Shown in pieces: positions 1-10,634 of a stretch of DNA of 64,000 nt; the first letter of the stretch is position 1; every line of letters begins with the position of its first letter. The notes under the pieces were generated by a model. The model was not told the DNA's origin, did no database searches, and saw only the letters and a program-made list of their open reading frames with translations. Position numbers and translations under genes: made by a program. The DNA comes from an uncultured Planctomycetota bacterium (GTDB taxonomy: Bacteria; Planctomycetota; Planctomycetia; Isosphaerales; Isosphaeraceae), in NCBI GenBank assembly GCA_963737655.1, contig CAVTTN010000002.1, forward strand, positions 5,504,001-5,568,000, read 5' to 3'.

Positions 1-1
1 C

Positions 2-2737
2 TCCGGCCGTCGCGACTTCCGCGAGGTCACCGAGATCGCCCGCAAGAAGATCAAGGAGAGGCTGGAGACCGTCCCGGGCGTGGGCGCCGTGAGCCTCGTC
101 GGCGGCCGGACCCGGGCCATGAACATCATCGTGGACACCGACAAGCTCGTCTCCTACGGGCTCTCGATCGATGACGTGAGGACCGCCCTCCGCCGCCAGA
201 ACCTGGAAGTCCCCGGAGGGCGGATCGACCAGGGGCCTCGCGAATTGATCCTGAGGACGCTCGGCCGCCTGAACACCGCCGCCGAGTTCAACGCGATGAT
301 CATCGGCACCAAGAGGGGCTACCCGGTCCGCGTCCGGGACGTCGGCCGCGCCGTCGATTCCAACGAGGAGCCGCGATCGCTCGCCCGACTCGACGGCCAG
401 AACGCCGTGAGCCTGGTCATCCAGAAGCAGTCCGGGACGAACACCGTGGCCGTGGCCGACGCCATCCAGGAACGGCTGGACGAGCTCCGGGCGGCCCTCC
501 CGCCGGACATCGTCACCGAGGTCATCCGCGACCAGTCCCGGTTCATCCGCAACTCGATCGAGGAGGTGAAATTCCACCTCCTCCTGGCCGCGGGCCTCGT
601 CTCGGCCACGATCTTGCTGTTCATCCGCGACTGGCGGACGACCGTGATCGCGACGCTCGCCATCCCCACGTCGATCGTGCCGACGTTCCTGATGATGCAG
701 TTCATGGGGTTCACGCTCAATAATATCACGATGCTCGGGCTGATCCTGGCGATCGGGATCGTGATCGACGACGCGGTGGTCGTCCACGAGAACATCTTCC
801 GCCACATGGAGGAGCACGGGCTGGACGGGATGGAGGCCAGCCGGGTCGGCACCCGGGAGATCGCCCTGCCGGTGTTGGCGACGAGCCTGTCGCTGATCGT
901 CATCTTCCTGCCGATCGCCTTCATGGGGGGGATCGTCGGCCGATTCTTCTCCAGCTTCGGCGTGACGGTCGCCTTCGCCGTGGCGATGAGCCTGTTCGTG
1001 AGCTTCACGCTGACCCCCATGCTCTGCTCGCGGTTCCTCAAGCTGGAGCCGGGCGAGGCGGGCCACGCCAAGAGCAAGGACGGGTTCATCTACAAGATCA
1101 TCGACAAGAGCTACGCGGGCGTCCTCCGGGCGGCCATGAGGTTCAAGTTCGCGGTGGTCCTCCTGACGATCGGCGTGATCGTCAGCACGGTGCCGATCGG
1201 CTCGATCATGGGGTTCTCGCTGATCCCCCGCGACGACCAGAGCGAGTACGAGGTCACCGTGACCGCGCCCGAGGGGTACAGCCTGGAACGGGCCGACGGC
1301 GTGTTCCGCGACCTGGAGAAGAAGCTCCGGGCCCTGCCCGGGACCGTCCACCTCTTCACCACGATCGGCCAGACCTCCGGCGGGGTGACCGTGAAGGGCG
1401 AGGGGGACGTGACCCGGGGGACGATCTATGTTCGCATGAAGGACATCACCGAACGCCCCTACACCCAGTTCGCGATCCAGGAGCAGGCGCGCGGCGTCCT
1501 GGCGCAGTACGGCGAGCTCCGGCTGTCGGTCAATGACGTGTCGCAGTTCCAGGGGGGCCGCCGTCCCCAGCTCTTCCAGGTGAACCTGGGCGGCCCCGAC
1601 CTGGACCGCCTGGCGACGTACGCCGAGACCTTGAAAGAGCGGCTCGGCGCGATGGGCGGGATGACCGACATGGACACCTCGCTGTCGCTGAGGAAGCCCG
1701 AGGTCCAGGTGGCCGTCGATCGCGAGGCGGCGGCCGACCTGGGCATCCCCGTCGGCTCGATCGCCGACACCCTCCGCGTCCTCGTCGGCGGCCTGCCGGT
1801 GAGCAACTTCAAGGACGAGGGGGAGCAGTACGACGTCTGGCTCCGCGCCAAGTCCGAGAACCGCGCGAGCCTCGAGGGCCTCTACGGCCTGACCATCCCC
1901 TCGCCCACCGCCGGCCCGGTCAAGCTCGATAGCGTCGCCCGGCTCGTCGAGAAGTCCGGCCCCACGGAGATCGAGCGCCTGAGCCGCCAGAGGATCGTCA
2001 CCGTCCTGGGCAACCCCGAGTCGATCTCCCTGGGCGAGGCCACCAGCCGGGCCCAAAAAGTCCTCGCGGAGATGAACATGGAGCCGGGCTACTCGGCCGT
2101 CCTCACCGGCCAGGCGAAGACGCTCCAGGAGACCGGCAAGTACATGATGATCGCCTTCGGGCTGTCCATGATGTTCATGTACCTGATCCTCGCGGCGCAG
2201 TTCGAGAGCTGGACCCAGCCGGTGGCGATCCTGATGGCCCTCCCGGTGACGATCCCGTTCGGCCTCCTGTCGCTCGTCCTGTGGCGGACGCCGATGGACC
2301 TCTACGCGATGTTCGGGCTGTTCATGCTGGTGGGGATCGTCAAGAAGAACGGCATCCTCCAGGTGGACGCCACCAACCAGAACCGGGCCAAGGGGATGCC
2401 CCGGCACGAGGCGATCCTCGACGCCAACCGCACCCGGCTCCGGCCGATCCTCATGACCACGATGATGCTCGTCGCGGCGATGGTCCCGATCGCCCTGGGC
2501 AAGGGGCCCGGGGCCGGGGCCCGGGCCAGCATGGCCAAGGTCATCATCGGCGGCCAGATGCTCTCGCTCGTGCTGGCGCTGGTGGTCACACCGGTGTTCT
2601 ACGCCTTGCTGGACATGACGGTGAACCTGTCGAGGAGGATGGGCATCCGGTTCGCGGTCCAGCCCAGGGAAAAAGCCCCGCACCACGCGGCCGAGGCCAA
2701 GGCCCCGGCGCCCGAGGCGGCGGAGTCGCTGGCGTGA
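2..2737 (+). CDS. AcrB/AcrD/AcrF-family RND efflux permease, 5'-truncated by the window edge
   Basis: Frame is open from base 2. RND motifs GIVIDDAVVVHENI, GIVKKNGIL and RLRPILMTT; two transmembrane blocks. Confidence 0.95.
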   Translation, partial: SGRRDFREVTEIARKKIKERLETVPGVGAVSLVGGRTRAMNIIVDTDKLVSYGLSIDDVRTALRRQNLEVPGGRIDQGPRELILRTLGRLNTAAEFNAMIIGTKRGYPVRVRDVGRAVDSNEEPRSLARLDGQNAVSLVIQKQSGTNTVAVADAIQERLDELRAALPPDIVTEVIRDQSRFIRNSIEEVKFHLLLAAGLVSATILLFIRDWRTTVIATLAIPTSIVPTFLMMQFMGFTLNNITMLGLILAIGIVIDDAVVVHENIFRHMEEHGLDGMEASRVGTREIALPVLATSLSLIVIFLPIAFMGGIVGRFFSSFGVTVAFAVAMSLFVSFTLTPMLCSRFLKLEPGEAGHAKSKDGFIYKIIDKSYAGVLRAAMRFKFAVVLLTIGVIVSTVPIGSIMGFSLIPRDDQSEYEVTVTAPEGYSLERADGVFRDLEKKLRALPGTVHLFTTIGQTSGGVTVKGEGDVTRGTIYVRMKDITERPYTQFAIQEQARGVLAQYGELRLSVNDVSQFQGGRRPQLFQVNLGGPDLDRLATYAETLKERLGAMGGMTDMDTSLSLRKPEVQVAVDREAAADLGIPVGSIADTLRVLVGGLPVSNFKDEGEQYDVWLRAKSENRASLEGLYGLTIPSPTAGPVKLDSVARLVEKSGPTEIERLSRQRIVTVLGNPESISLGEATSRAQKVLAEMNMEPGYSAVLTGQAKTLQETGKYMMIAFGLSMMFMYLILAAQFESWTQPVAILMALPVTIPFGLLSLVLWRTPMDLYAMFGLFMLVGIVKKNGILQVDATNQNRAKGMPRHEAILDANRTRLRPILMTTMMLVAAMVPIALGKGPGAGARASMAKVIIGGQMLSLVLALVVTPVFYALLDMTVNLSRRMGIRFAVQPREKAPHHAAEAKAPAPEAAESLA

Positions 2738-2798
2738 CCGTGGCGGCCGGGTCCGGTAGAATCGACCCGGTCGCTCGGATTCGGGGGGGAGGGACGTC

Positions 2799-3101
2799 AT
2801 GCAGATCGCGATCTGGGTCGAGCCGGTGGACGGGATCGGCTTCCGGGCCACCGGATCGGCGCCGATCCCTCTCCACGCCGACGGGGCGACCCGTGACGAG
2901 GCCGTGAGGAACCTCGGCGCGAAGATCCGCGAGCGCCTGGCCGGCGGGGCGGTCCTCCTGCCTCTCGATTTCCCGGGCGAGACGCACCCCCTCCCCTCTC
3001 CCCTCGACGACCTCAAGGACGAACCCCTCCTCGATCGCTGGAAGCGGGCGATGGCCGAGTATCGCCGGAGGGCCGACGAGGAAGACGAGGCCCGAGGGTG
3101 A
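2799..3101 (+). CDS. Putative antitoxin with a HicB-like N-terminal fold
   Basis: 100 aa with a 'ADGATRDEAVRNL' HicB-like motif; GGAGG RBS; GTGA overlap with the downstream PIN gene. Confidence 0.6.
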   Translation: MQIAIWVEPVDGIGFRATGSAPIPLHADGATRDEAVRNLGAKIRERLAGGAVLLPLDFPGETHPLPSPLDDLKDEPLLDRWKRAMAEYRRRADEEDEARG

Positions 3102-3515
3102 CGCGATTCATCCTCGACACCGATCCCTTGACCCTCCTTCGCGAAGGGAATCCAGCGATCCTGGCGAGGGTCGTCGCGAGATCCGCCGAGGCGTTGGCCG
3201 TCACGGTGATCACGGTCGAGGAGCAGCTCGGGGGCTGGTACGCCCTCCTGCGTCAGGCGAAGGAGCCGGCCGAACTCGCGGGTCTATCGGAGGTTGGCGG
3301 AGTCCGTCGCCTACCTCGGTCGCTTCCCCATCCTGGACTTCCCGGAAGCCGCGATCGCCCGATTTGAGGACCTGAAGAGGAAGAAGCTCAACGTCGGCGG
3401 GATGGACCTCAAAATTGCCGCGATCGTCCTGGAGGCGGGGGCGATCCTCGTCTCGCGGAACCTTCGCGACTTCCGCCGGGTCCCGGGCCTGGTCGTCGAG
3501 GACTGGGCGGCCTGA
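3098..3515 (+). pseudogene. VapC/PIN-domain toxin, frameshifted near 3280 (possible assembly error)
   Basis: N-half 'FILDTD...TVITVEEQL' (3098-3367) and C-half 'MDLKIAAIVL...LVSRNLRDFRRVPGLVVEDW' (3294-3515) lie in different frames. Confidence 0.85.
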
Positions 3516-3652
3516 TCCCGGCAAGCTCGGGCTTCGGCGCGCGTCCCAATCGCGACGCGCCTCCGTAGAGGACTGCGGAAGAGATCCACCGGCCCGGGAC
3601 TTGCATCATTCTGGGGGCCGGGGGTCTTGTCCTGACCGAACCGGAGGGCGCG

Positions 3653-4557
3653 ATGATGCCCGCGACACGACGATCGCTCGACGAGGCCGACGACACGACC
3701 GGCGAGTTCATCCCGATCCCCAGCCGGTCCCCGACCGTCTCGGTGGAGGTCGGCGCGGCCACCCACCCGGGGAAGGTCCGCGGCAATAACGAGGACAGCT
3801 ACCTCGTCGCCAAGCTCGCCAAGTCGATGAGGATCTGCCGGACCAGCCTCAAGGACGACCTGGCCACGCGGTTCTCCGACGAGGAGGGGTATCTCTTCGT
3901 GATCGCCGACGGCATGGGCGGCGCCGCCGGGGGGGAGGTCGCCAGCACCCTGGCCGTCGAGACGATCGAGGCGTTCATCCTCGACGTCGTGAAGTGGTTC
4001 CTCCACCTCGACCGAGAGGACGCCCAGCTCCTGGCCGAGCTCCGACGGGCCTTCGAGCGCGCCGACGCCTCGGTGATCGACCGGGCGAGGTCCGACCCGA
4101 GGCTCCATGGCATGGGCACCACGCTGACGACCGCCTTCAGCGTGGGGACCGACCTGTTCATCGTCCACGCCGGCGATTCCCGGGCGTATTTGCTCCGTCA
4201 GGGCCATCTGCATCAAATCACCAACGATGACACGCTCGTCAACATCCTGGTGAAAGGGGGGCAGCTCTCGGCCGAGGACGCCCGGCACCATAGCCGTCGC
4301 CACGTCGTGACCAACGTGGTCGGCGGGCCCAATCTCGGCGTCCAGACCGAGGTCCACAAGATCGCCGTCGAGGATGGCGACGTCTTGCTCCTCTGCTCCG
4401 ACGGCCTGACCGAGCCCGTGGAAGACCCGGACATCGCCCAGGTCCTCGTCAAGCATCGCGAACCGGACTTCGCCTGTCGCCGGCTCGTCGAGCTCGCCCT
4501 GGCCGGGGGCGCCCGGACAACGTCACGGTCGTCGCCGCCCGGTATACCGTGAAATGA
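3653..4557 (+). CDS. PP2C/PPM-family Ser/Thr phosphatase, frameshift near 4510
   Basis: NNEDS, IADGMGG, HAGDSRAY and LLCSDGLT motifs. The terminal motif PDNVTVVAARYTVK* continues in another frame to the TGA ending at 4557. Confidence 0.9.
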
Positions 4558-4602
4558 GCCAAGGTCGCGGGGCGCCGGGACGTCGGCGCCCCGTCTCCGA
4601 CC

Positions 4603-5022
4603 TCACTTCTTGTCGTCGGCCAGGTACGAGTCGAACACCCGGACCTTGGCGAACTTCTCCTTGTTCTCCTCGACGAACTGGACGTGCCGGGGGTGCTTCA
4701 GGTACGTGGCGCCGTCTTCCTTCGTCTTGAAGACGATGTGGAGCGACACGTCGAAATCCTTCACGCTGACCGGCTCGGTCACGTCCTCGGCGATCGTCCC
4801 CACGGAGAACGACTCGACCCCCTCGTGCCCCGTCAGGTACTTCTGGCACGACGCCAGGAACGTCCCGCGGGACTCGGCCGAATGGTCCTTCAGCGTGAAG
4901 AAGACCATGTGGGCCTGGCGAGGCGCCGGCGCCGCCGCCGCCCCGGGACGGGCGAAGGCCGCGGCGAGGGGGACGGCGCAGGCGACCAGCAACAGGACGG
5001 ACACAGCGGACCGGGTCGTCAT
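4603..5022 (-). CDS. Dabb-family (stress-responsive alpha/beta barrel) secreted protein
   Basis: Signal peptide, then HMVFFTLK...YLKHPRHVQF...VRVFDS. Confidence 0.8.
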   Translation of the reverse strand: MTTRSAVSVLLLVACAVPLAAAFARPGAAAAPAPRQAHMVFFTLKDHSAESRGTFLASCQKYLTGHEGVESFSVGTIAEDVTEPVSVKDFDVSLHIVFKTKEDGATYLKHPRHVQFVEENKEKFAKVRVFDSYLADDKK

Positions 5023-5112
5023 CGGGGGTTCCTCCAGGAGCATCGTTCGACGGTCGGCCCGGACATCATGACCGGCCGGGGCCGGGCGGGCAAGACGCCT
5101 CGGGGCCGACGG

Positions 5113-6657
5113 TCACGGTCGGCCCGGCGTCGTGGCCCGGGCCATCTGCTCCATCATCTCGGCCTCGTCGATCCCCATCCAGCAATGCCCCTCGCCGGGG
5201 CCGTAGGCGATCGAGCCTCCGTACGGCGGCTCCGCCCGGGAGAGGAAGGCGTCGAGCCGGTGGACGGCCTCGTTGAGAAAATAATCATCCGACTCCCCGA
5301 CCCAAACGTGAATCTTCCCTCGAAGCTTCGGGCCGAGCGTCGCCCAGTCGCGTTCCAGGATCATCCGGAGGTCATACTTCTTCCAATGCTCGGCGACCGC
5401 ACGGTCGATCGCGCCGGTCTTCGGGTCCCAGAGCGGGACGGGCCGACCGTCGGCGCCTTTGGGGCCATAGGTGGCGTTCCACGCGCCCCATTGGCCGCCG
5501 GACATCGCCCAGGAATCGCCCAGGCCGAGCAGGTTTTCCATCCCGAGCTCATGCCTCATCGTGTATCGCACCGCGCCGCCCGGCTCCCTGGCCGCGGGGC
5601 GCTCGGCCCCGTTGGCATCCGTGTAGGCATTTTTGTCCTGGTAGATGTTCACGAGCTGGAATGAGCGGAAATCGACGCCGTCGGGGCAGGACGACCAGCA
5701 GCCGGCGAAATCCTCGGGGTAGAAGACCTGCAACGCCAGCGAGACCCAGCCGCCCGTCGAGCCGCCGTCCAGGACCCGCGACTTGCCGTCGCCGACCCCT
5801 CGGAATTTCGCCTCGACCGACGGGATCAGCTCGCGGGTCACCGCCTCGCCATACGGGCCGTGATTGGCCGAATCGACCTGGTACGGATCGCCCAGGGGGC
5901 CGGCGCCGTCGAGATGGAGGAAGACCATCCTCGGGGCGTCGTCGGCCATCCACGCCTTGCGGAAGGCCGATCCCTCGCGCATCCGGCCGAGCACCTCGGT
6001 ATAGCGCGATCCATAGCCGCCGATGTGGACCCGGAGGGGATATTTGCGGTCCGGCTCCCGGTCGAAGTCGCGGGGCAGGATCACCCCGGCCCGGAGGAAG
6101 ATCGGTCGGCCATGAAATCGGCTCAGCGCCCTGGATTCCAGCTTCACGAACTTGACGAGGTCCGTCTCCCTGGGCACGATCTCGGCGGGGACCTCTTCGG
6201 TCAGGCGGAGGCGGACCGTCCCGCCCTTCGCCGGGTCGAGCTGGATTTTCTCGACCGGGCCGAACAGGTCGCCGGGGGCGTTCGGGAGGTCCAGGTCCGG
6301 GTTCGAGTGGAACGCGGCCTGGGCGAAATACTCTCCGGGCGGGATCGCGGCGAGCGAGGCGACCGGGAAGCACCGGGCGGAGGCGTCGATCACGGCCACG
6401 GACCCGCTCTTCATCCCCCGGACATCGACGGCCAGCATCGGCGGCTCGCCTCGGCCCACCCGCCCCAGGGCCCGCCTCGGCTCGGGCCTCGCCGTCCGCC
6501 CCAGGACCACGAACAACCGCCCCGAGCGAGGAACCTCGATCCCCGGCCGGGCGAATTCCACGTCGAATCGCAGAGGGGGCGAATCCGCCAGGCCCGGCCC
6601 GGCCAGGACCAGCGGCAGGAGGGCGCCGAGCGGGGTCGTCTTGTTGAGGATCGCCAT
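5113..6657 (-). CDS. Secreted alpha/beta-hydrolase (putative esterase)
   Basis: Signal peptide; nucleophile-elbow GGSTGG; WVGESDDY and late His (GEGHCW). Start assigned to MAILNK. Confidence 0.75.
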   Translation of the reverse strand: MAILNKTTPLGALLPLVLAGPGLADSPPLRFDVEFARPGIEVPRSGRLFVVLGRTARPEPRRALGRVGRGEPPMLAVDVRGMKSGSVAVIDASARCFPVASLAAIPPGEYFAQAAFHSNPDLDLPNAPGDLFGPVEKIQLDPAKGGTVRLRLTEEVPAEIVPRETDLVKFVKLESRALSRFHGRPIFLRAGVILPRDFDREPDRKYPLRVHIGGYGSRYTEVLGRMREGSAFRKAWMADDAPRMVFLHLDGAGPLGDPYQVDSANHGPYGEAVTRELIPSVEAKFRGVGDGKSRVLDGGSTGGWVSLALQVFYPEDFAGCWSSCPDGVDFRSFQLVNIYQDKNAYTDANGAERPAAREPGGAVRYTMRHELGMENLLGLGDSWAMSGGQWGAWNATYGPKGADGRPVPLWDPKTGAIDRAVAEHWKKYDLRMILERDWATLGPKLRGKIHVWVGESDDYFLNEAVHRLDAFLSRAEPPYGGSIAYGPGEGHCWMGIDEAEMMEQMARATTPGRP

Positions 6658-6755
6658 GATCGATCGGCCTCGTCCCTTTTCTCGGCGTCGTGTCCCCAGG
6701 AGGCCGGGCCATCGTAAGGAATCCGGCAGCCATCGCGAAAGGGAGGGCCGGACCT

Positions 6756-6810
6756 GGAACTCGGCGTCGGATCGATTTTCGCCGCGAATGTCGATCCGAC
6801 GCCGAGTTCC
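6756..6810. repeat. Perfect 20-bp inverted repeat in a divergent intergenic region
   Basis: ggaactcggcgtcggatcga (6756-6775) and tcgatccgacgccgagttcc (6791-6810). Confidence 0.85.
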
Positions 6811-6843
6811 TCCCCGACTCCAGGTCCCTGATCGGAGAATCCC

Positions 6844-8061
6844 GTGGACCGCTTGCCCCTGGCCGACGAGTTGCCGTATCGCTTCGAGCCGCCGAGGCTG
6901 CGGCCCTGGGTCGTGAGGGCCACCCGGCCCCTCCGCCGCCGGATGCTCCGCAAGGAGCATCGCGTCGAGAGGATCGAGGTCGAGGGGGTCGAGCGGCTCT
7001 CGCCCCTGCTGAAGACCGGCGACGGCGTCCTGATCGCGCCGAACCATTCGGACCGGGCCGATGGCCTGGTCCTCCTGGACCTGGCCGACCGCGTGGGCGT
7101 GCCGTTCTGTTCAATGGCCGCGCACCAGATCTTCCACGGGACGCGCCGGCTCCGGCACTGGCTGTTCCCCCGGCTGGGGATCTTCCCGGTCGATCGCGAG
7201 GGCTCGGACCTCTCGGCCGTGAAGGCGGCGGTGGAGGTGCTCTCGGCGGGCCGGAACCCCTTGCTCGTCTTCCCCGAGGGGGAGGTGTACCACCTGGCCG
7301 ACCGCCTCACGCCGATCCGGGAAGGCGTGGCGTTCCTCGCCGCCTCGGCCGCGAAGAAGCTGGCCGAGGGGAAGACCTCGTGGATCGTCCCGGTCGGCCT
7401 GAAATATCGATTCCTCGATGGGTTCGACCCCCTGCCCGCCCTGAACGACCTGATGGACCGGCTCGAACGCCGGTTCACCTGGTGGAATGATCGGGAGAAA
7501 TCGCTGGTCGAGCGGATCTATCGGTTCGCCGAGGGGATGCTCGCCCTGAAGGAGCTCGAATACCTCGGCTCGGCCCGGTCCGGGTGCCTCAAGGAGCGGA
7601 TCGCGAGCCTGATGGCCTTCCTCCTCGACTCCCTGGAAGACCGCCTCTTCGGCCGCAAGAAGAGCGACGACCCGCCATCTCGCGTGAAGGAGATCCGCCG
7701 CCACTGCGTCGAGTGGCTGACTTCCAAGGACCTCTCCGACGCCGCGGCGCGGCAGCTCCGGCGCGACCTGAACGACGTGTTCGTGGCCGTCCAGCTCTTC
7801 AGCTATCCCGGCGACTACCTCCGCGAGAACCCGACGGTCGAACGGGCCGCCGAGGTCCTCATGAAGTTCGAGGAAGACGTCCTCGGCGCCGAGTTCGGCG
7901 TCCCCCGAGGCCCCCGCAGGGCCGTCCTCCGCGTGGGAGAGCCGATCGACGTCGGCGCCCGGCTCCACGACGGCAAGCTCAAGGCCGTGGTCGCTTCGGT
8001 GACCGAGGAACTCGAACGGCGAATCCAGGGGCTGCTCGACGCCATCGGCCCCGGGCGTTAA
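6844..8061 (+). CDS. PlsC-like phospholipid/glycerol acyltransferase
   Basis: HX4D motif (NHSDRAD), FPVDR and VFPEGE. Confidence 0.85.
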   Translation: MDRLPLADELPYRFEPPRLRPWVVRATRPLRRRMLRKEHRVERIEVEGVERLSPLLKTGDGVLIAPNHSDRADGLVLLDLADRVGVPFCSMAAHQIFHGTRRLRHWLFPRLGIFPVDREGSDLSAVKAAVEVLSAGRNPLLVFPEGEVYHLADRLTPIREGVAFLAASAAKKLAEGKTSWIVPVGLKYRFLDGFDPLPALNDLMDRLERRFTWWNDREKSLVERIYRFAEGMLALKELEYLGSARSGCLKERIASLMAFLLDSLEDRLFGRKKSDDPPSRVKEIRRHCVEWLTSKDLSDAAARQLRRDLNDVFVAVQLFSYPGDYLRENPTVERAAEVLMKFEEDVLGAEFGVPRGPRRAVLRVGEPIDVGARLHDGKLKAVVASVTEELERRIQGLLDAIGPGR

Positions 8062-8064
8062 GAC

Positions 8065-8156
8065 GGGTGTAGCTCTGGAACCTGGAGTTTTTGGGTGCCC
8101 CCGGTTCTTGAACCGGGGGCACCCTTTGGGAAGATCCAGGTTCCAGAGCTACACCC
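8065..8156. mobile_element. 92-bp MITE-like element, copy 1
   Basis: Perfect 22-bp TIRs gggtgtagctctggaacctgga (8065-8086 / 8135-8156); internal 15-bp-arm palindrome 8093-8124; flanking 9-bp direct repeat cgttaagac (8056-8064, 8157-8165). Confidence 0.85.
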
Positions 8157-8229
8157 CGTTAAGACCTCGTCCCCGCCGTTTCCCCGATCGGCCTGGACAT
8201 CGCCTCGCCCGTCCACGAAACTTCGCCAT

Positions 8230-8939
8230 CATGGACGATCGGCGACGGGTCTCCGAATCCTCCGACGAGCTCCACGGCCCGGGCGGGCTACGAGGCGTGG
8301 GCGTCGTGCTACGACGACGACGGCAACCCCCTGATCGCGCTGGAGGGGGAGGCGGTCCGGGCCCGGTTCGGCCCGATCTCCGGAGACCTGGCGCTGGACC
8401 TGGGCTGCGGGACCGGGCGGCATTCCCTGGCCCTGGTCGAGGCCGGGGCACGGGTCGTGGCGATCGACCAGAGTCCGGCGATGATGGCCCTGGCGAGGCG
8501 GAAGCTCGATGGAGTGGCCTGGGCGAAGCTCGCCCTTCCCGGACGTCTGCCGATCGCCGACGGCCGGGTCGGGCTGATCGTGATGGGCCTGGTGGCCGAG
8601 CACCTGGCCGACCTCCGCCCGGTGGCGAGCGAAGCGGCGAGGGCGAGCCGGCCCGGGGCCAGGCTGGTGCTCTCGGCCCTCCACCCCGACCGCACCGCCG
8701 AGGGCCAGAGGGCCCGGTTCATCGACCCACAGACGGGAATCCGCCGGCCGATCGCCACGGTCCACCGCTCGAAGGACGACTACCGCCGGGAGATCGAGCC
8801 GGCCGGCTGGCGATTCGTCGAGGAAGCCGACCTGATCGTGACGAAGAAAGTCGCCGCCAGCTTTCCCAGGGCGGCCAAGTATGAAGGGCTGCCCCTGGGT
8901 TGGGTCATGAGCCTGGAACGCATCTCGTCGGGTGCATGA
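8230..8939 (+). CDS. Class I SAM-dependent methyltransferase; ATG at 8230 is out of frame, so a frameshift near 8275 is likely
   Basis: The frame of ORF 8457-8939 extends upstream through GYEAWASCYD...ALDLGCGTGRHS (motif I) but has no in-frame start there. Confidence 0.8.
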
Positions 8940-8972
8940 AATGCACCATCCTCGGTCCATGAGGGCCGAGGT

Positions 8973-9425
8973 TCAGCGGACGAGGATCGGGATCGTCACG
9001 CGCTTCCCGCCGAGGTCGCAAGTGAGCTCGCCGTCGATCCCCGTCCCTCCGCGGTAGGGGGCGGGTTCGGACTCGAAGCCGTCACCCTTGGCGAGAAGGG
9101 CGTAGGTCTTCACGCCTCCGGGGACGTTGGAGTTGAACCGGACGTCCGTGGGGGCGGGGGAGAGCGGGGCGGTGCGGTCGGGGTTGAGGAAGTAGGCGGC
9201 GAAGACCGTCGGCGGCCCGTTCTTGGATTTCGCCGGATCGGCGTTCGCCTTCACGACGAACTCGACGTGGCCGAGCCCGTCGGGGATCGGGAAGACGTTG
9301 CCCCCGTGGGGCGGGATCGGCTGGGGCGAGGTGCTCGGGGCGCCACCCCCGCAGCCCGCCAGGAAGAGGGCGAGCGGGGCGGCGAGGGAGATGCGGGACG
9401 TTCTGGAAAGCATCGGATCACTCAT
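8973..9425 (-). CDS. Hypothetical lipoprotein, partner of the upstream DUF1559 gene
   Basis: Lipobox LAGC; PPHGG motif; lies directly downstream of the DUF1559 gene. Confidence 0.7.
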   Translation of the reverse strand: MSDPMLSRTSRISLAAPLALFLAGCGGGAPSTSPQPIPPHGGNVFPIPDGLGHVEFVVKANADPAKSKNGPPTVFAAYFLNPDRTAPLSPAPTDVRFNSNVPGGVKTYALLAKGDGFESEPAPYRGGTGIDGELTCDLGGKRVTIPILVR

Positions 9426-9510
9426 CGGAAGGAGGGGCCGGGCCGGGCGCATCCTCGCCGGCCCGGCCCCTTCAAGACAGACGGAAAATCGCCGTGTTCC
9501 GGGCGGACGC

Positions 9511-10634
9511 TCAGAAGTCGGTGGCGCCGATGATCTCGCCGAAGGCCCGGGTCGAAAGCTTCTGGTAGACGCCGAGCTGGCATCCCGGGTTGACCGTGAA
9601 CACGTAGTTGTTCCAGGTCACGCCGTTGGGCGTGTTGCCGTGGTTGCTCGTGCCCGACTGGCCGAAGCTCCAGGAGCTCACGCCGTCCTTGACGAACTTG
9701 ACCGAGCCGTCGCAGAAGGCGAAGTTCGCCCCGCCGGGGTGCTGGCTCGTGGCCACGGTCGGGAACCAGTAGTTCGACGAGTCGCCGAACAGGCCGGCGC
9801 CGGGGTGCCCGGGATACCCGGCTTGATGTTCAGCGGGTAGTAGGTGGCGAACTGGGTATCGTACCACCGGCCCGAGTTCCAGGAGTTGTCCGACACGCCG
9901 TACTGGGGGTCATACTTCAGGAGCTGGCCGTGGCTGTGCTCGCCGAAGATGAAGGTGTTGCTGGTGCCGTCGGTGATGTCGGCGATGCGGATGGCGCTGT
10001 CGTTGTAGATCACACCATTGTGCATGTCGCGCTCGCCGGCGCCGTTGGAGCTATTCAGGTAGGTGTTGTTGTAGCCGAAGCCGAACGTCCCGGCGCTGCC
10101 GGCGTAGCTGGAGAAGGCCTGGAGCCAGGTCCCCGGGGGCAGGGGGAAGAGCTGGTTGAAGCTCCAGCCGGGCGTCACGCCGCTGACCGTCGGCTGGATC
10201 CCGACCGGGACGTTGTTCGTGTCGCTCGGGCAGAGGAGCGAGGCGACCTGGACGCCCGAGATCGTGATGTTCTCGACGTTCGAGGAGGTCAGGTTGAAGT
10301 TCGTCGCGTTGTACATCGGCATCTGCTCGAAGTACGGCAGCATGCGGACGAAGCAGCTGAAGTTCTCGTAGTACTTGTTCGGCGGGTTGTAGAACTGGCC
10401 GCTGTAGGAGTTGCCCGGGAAGCAGCCGTTGGTGTCGTGGTAGTTCTGGGCGGCCAGGCCCATCTGCTTCAGGTTGTTGGTGCACTGGGCCCGGCGGGCG
10501 GCCTCTCTCGCGGCCTGGACGGCCGGCAGGAGCAGGGCGATCAGGACGCCGATGATGGCGATCACGACCAGCAGCTCGATCAGGGTGAAGCCTCGGCGCT
10601 TCGGGAGACTCGGGGCGTTCGGGGGCGTCGTCAT
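9511..10634 (-). CDS. DUF1559 prepilin-type N-terminal cleavage/methylation protein, frameshift near 9800
   Basis: [34 protein letters not shown] and ITDGTSNT. The C-terminal [14 protein letters not shown] is in ORF 9511-9867. Confidence 0.92.
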
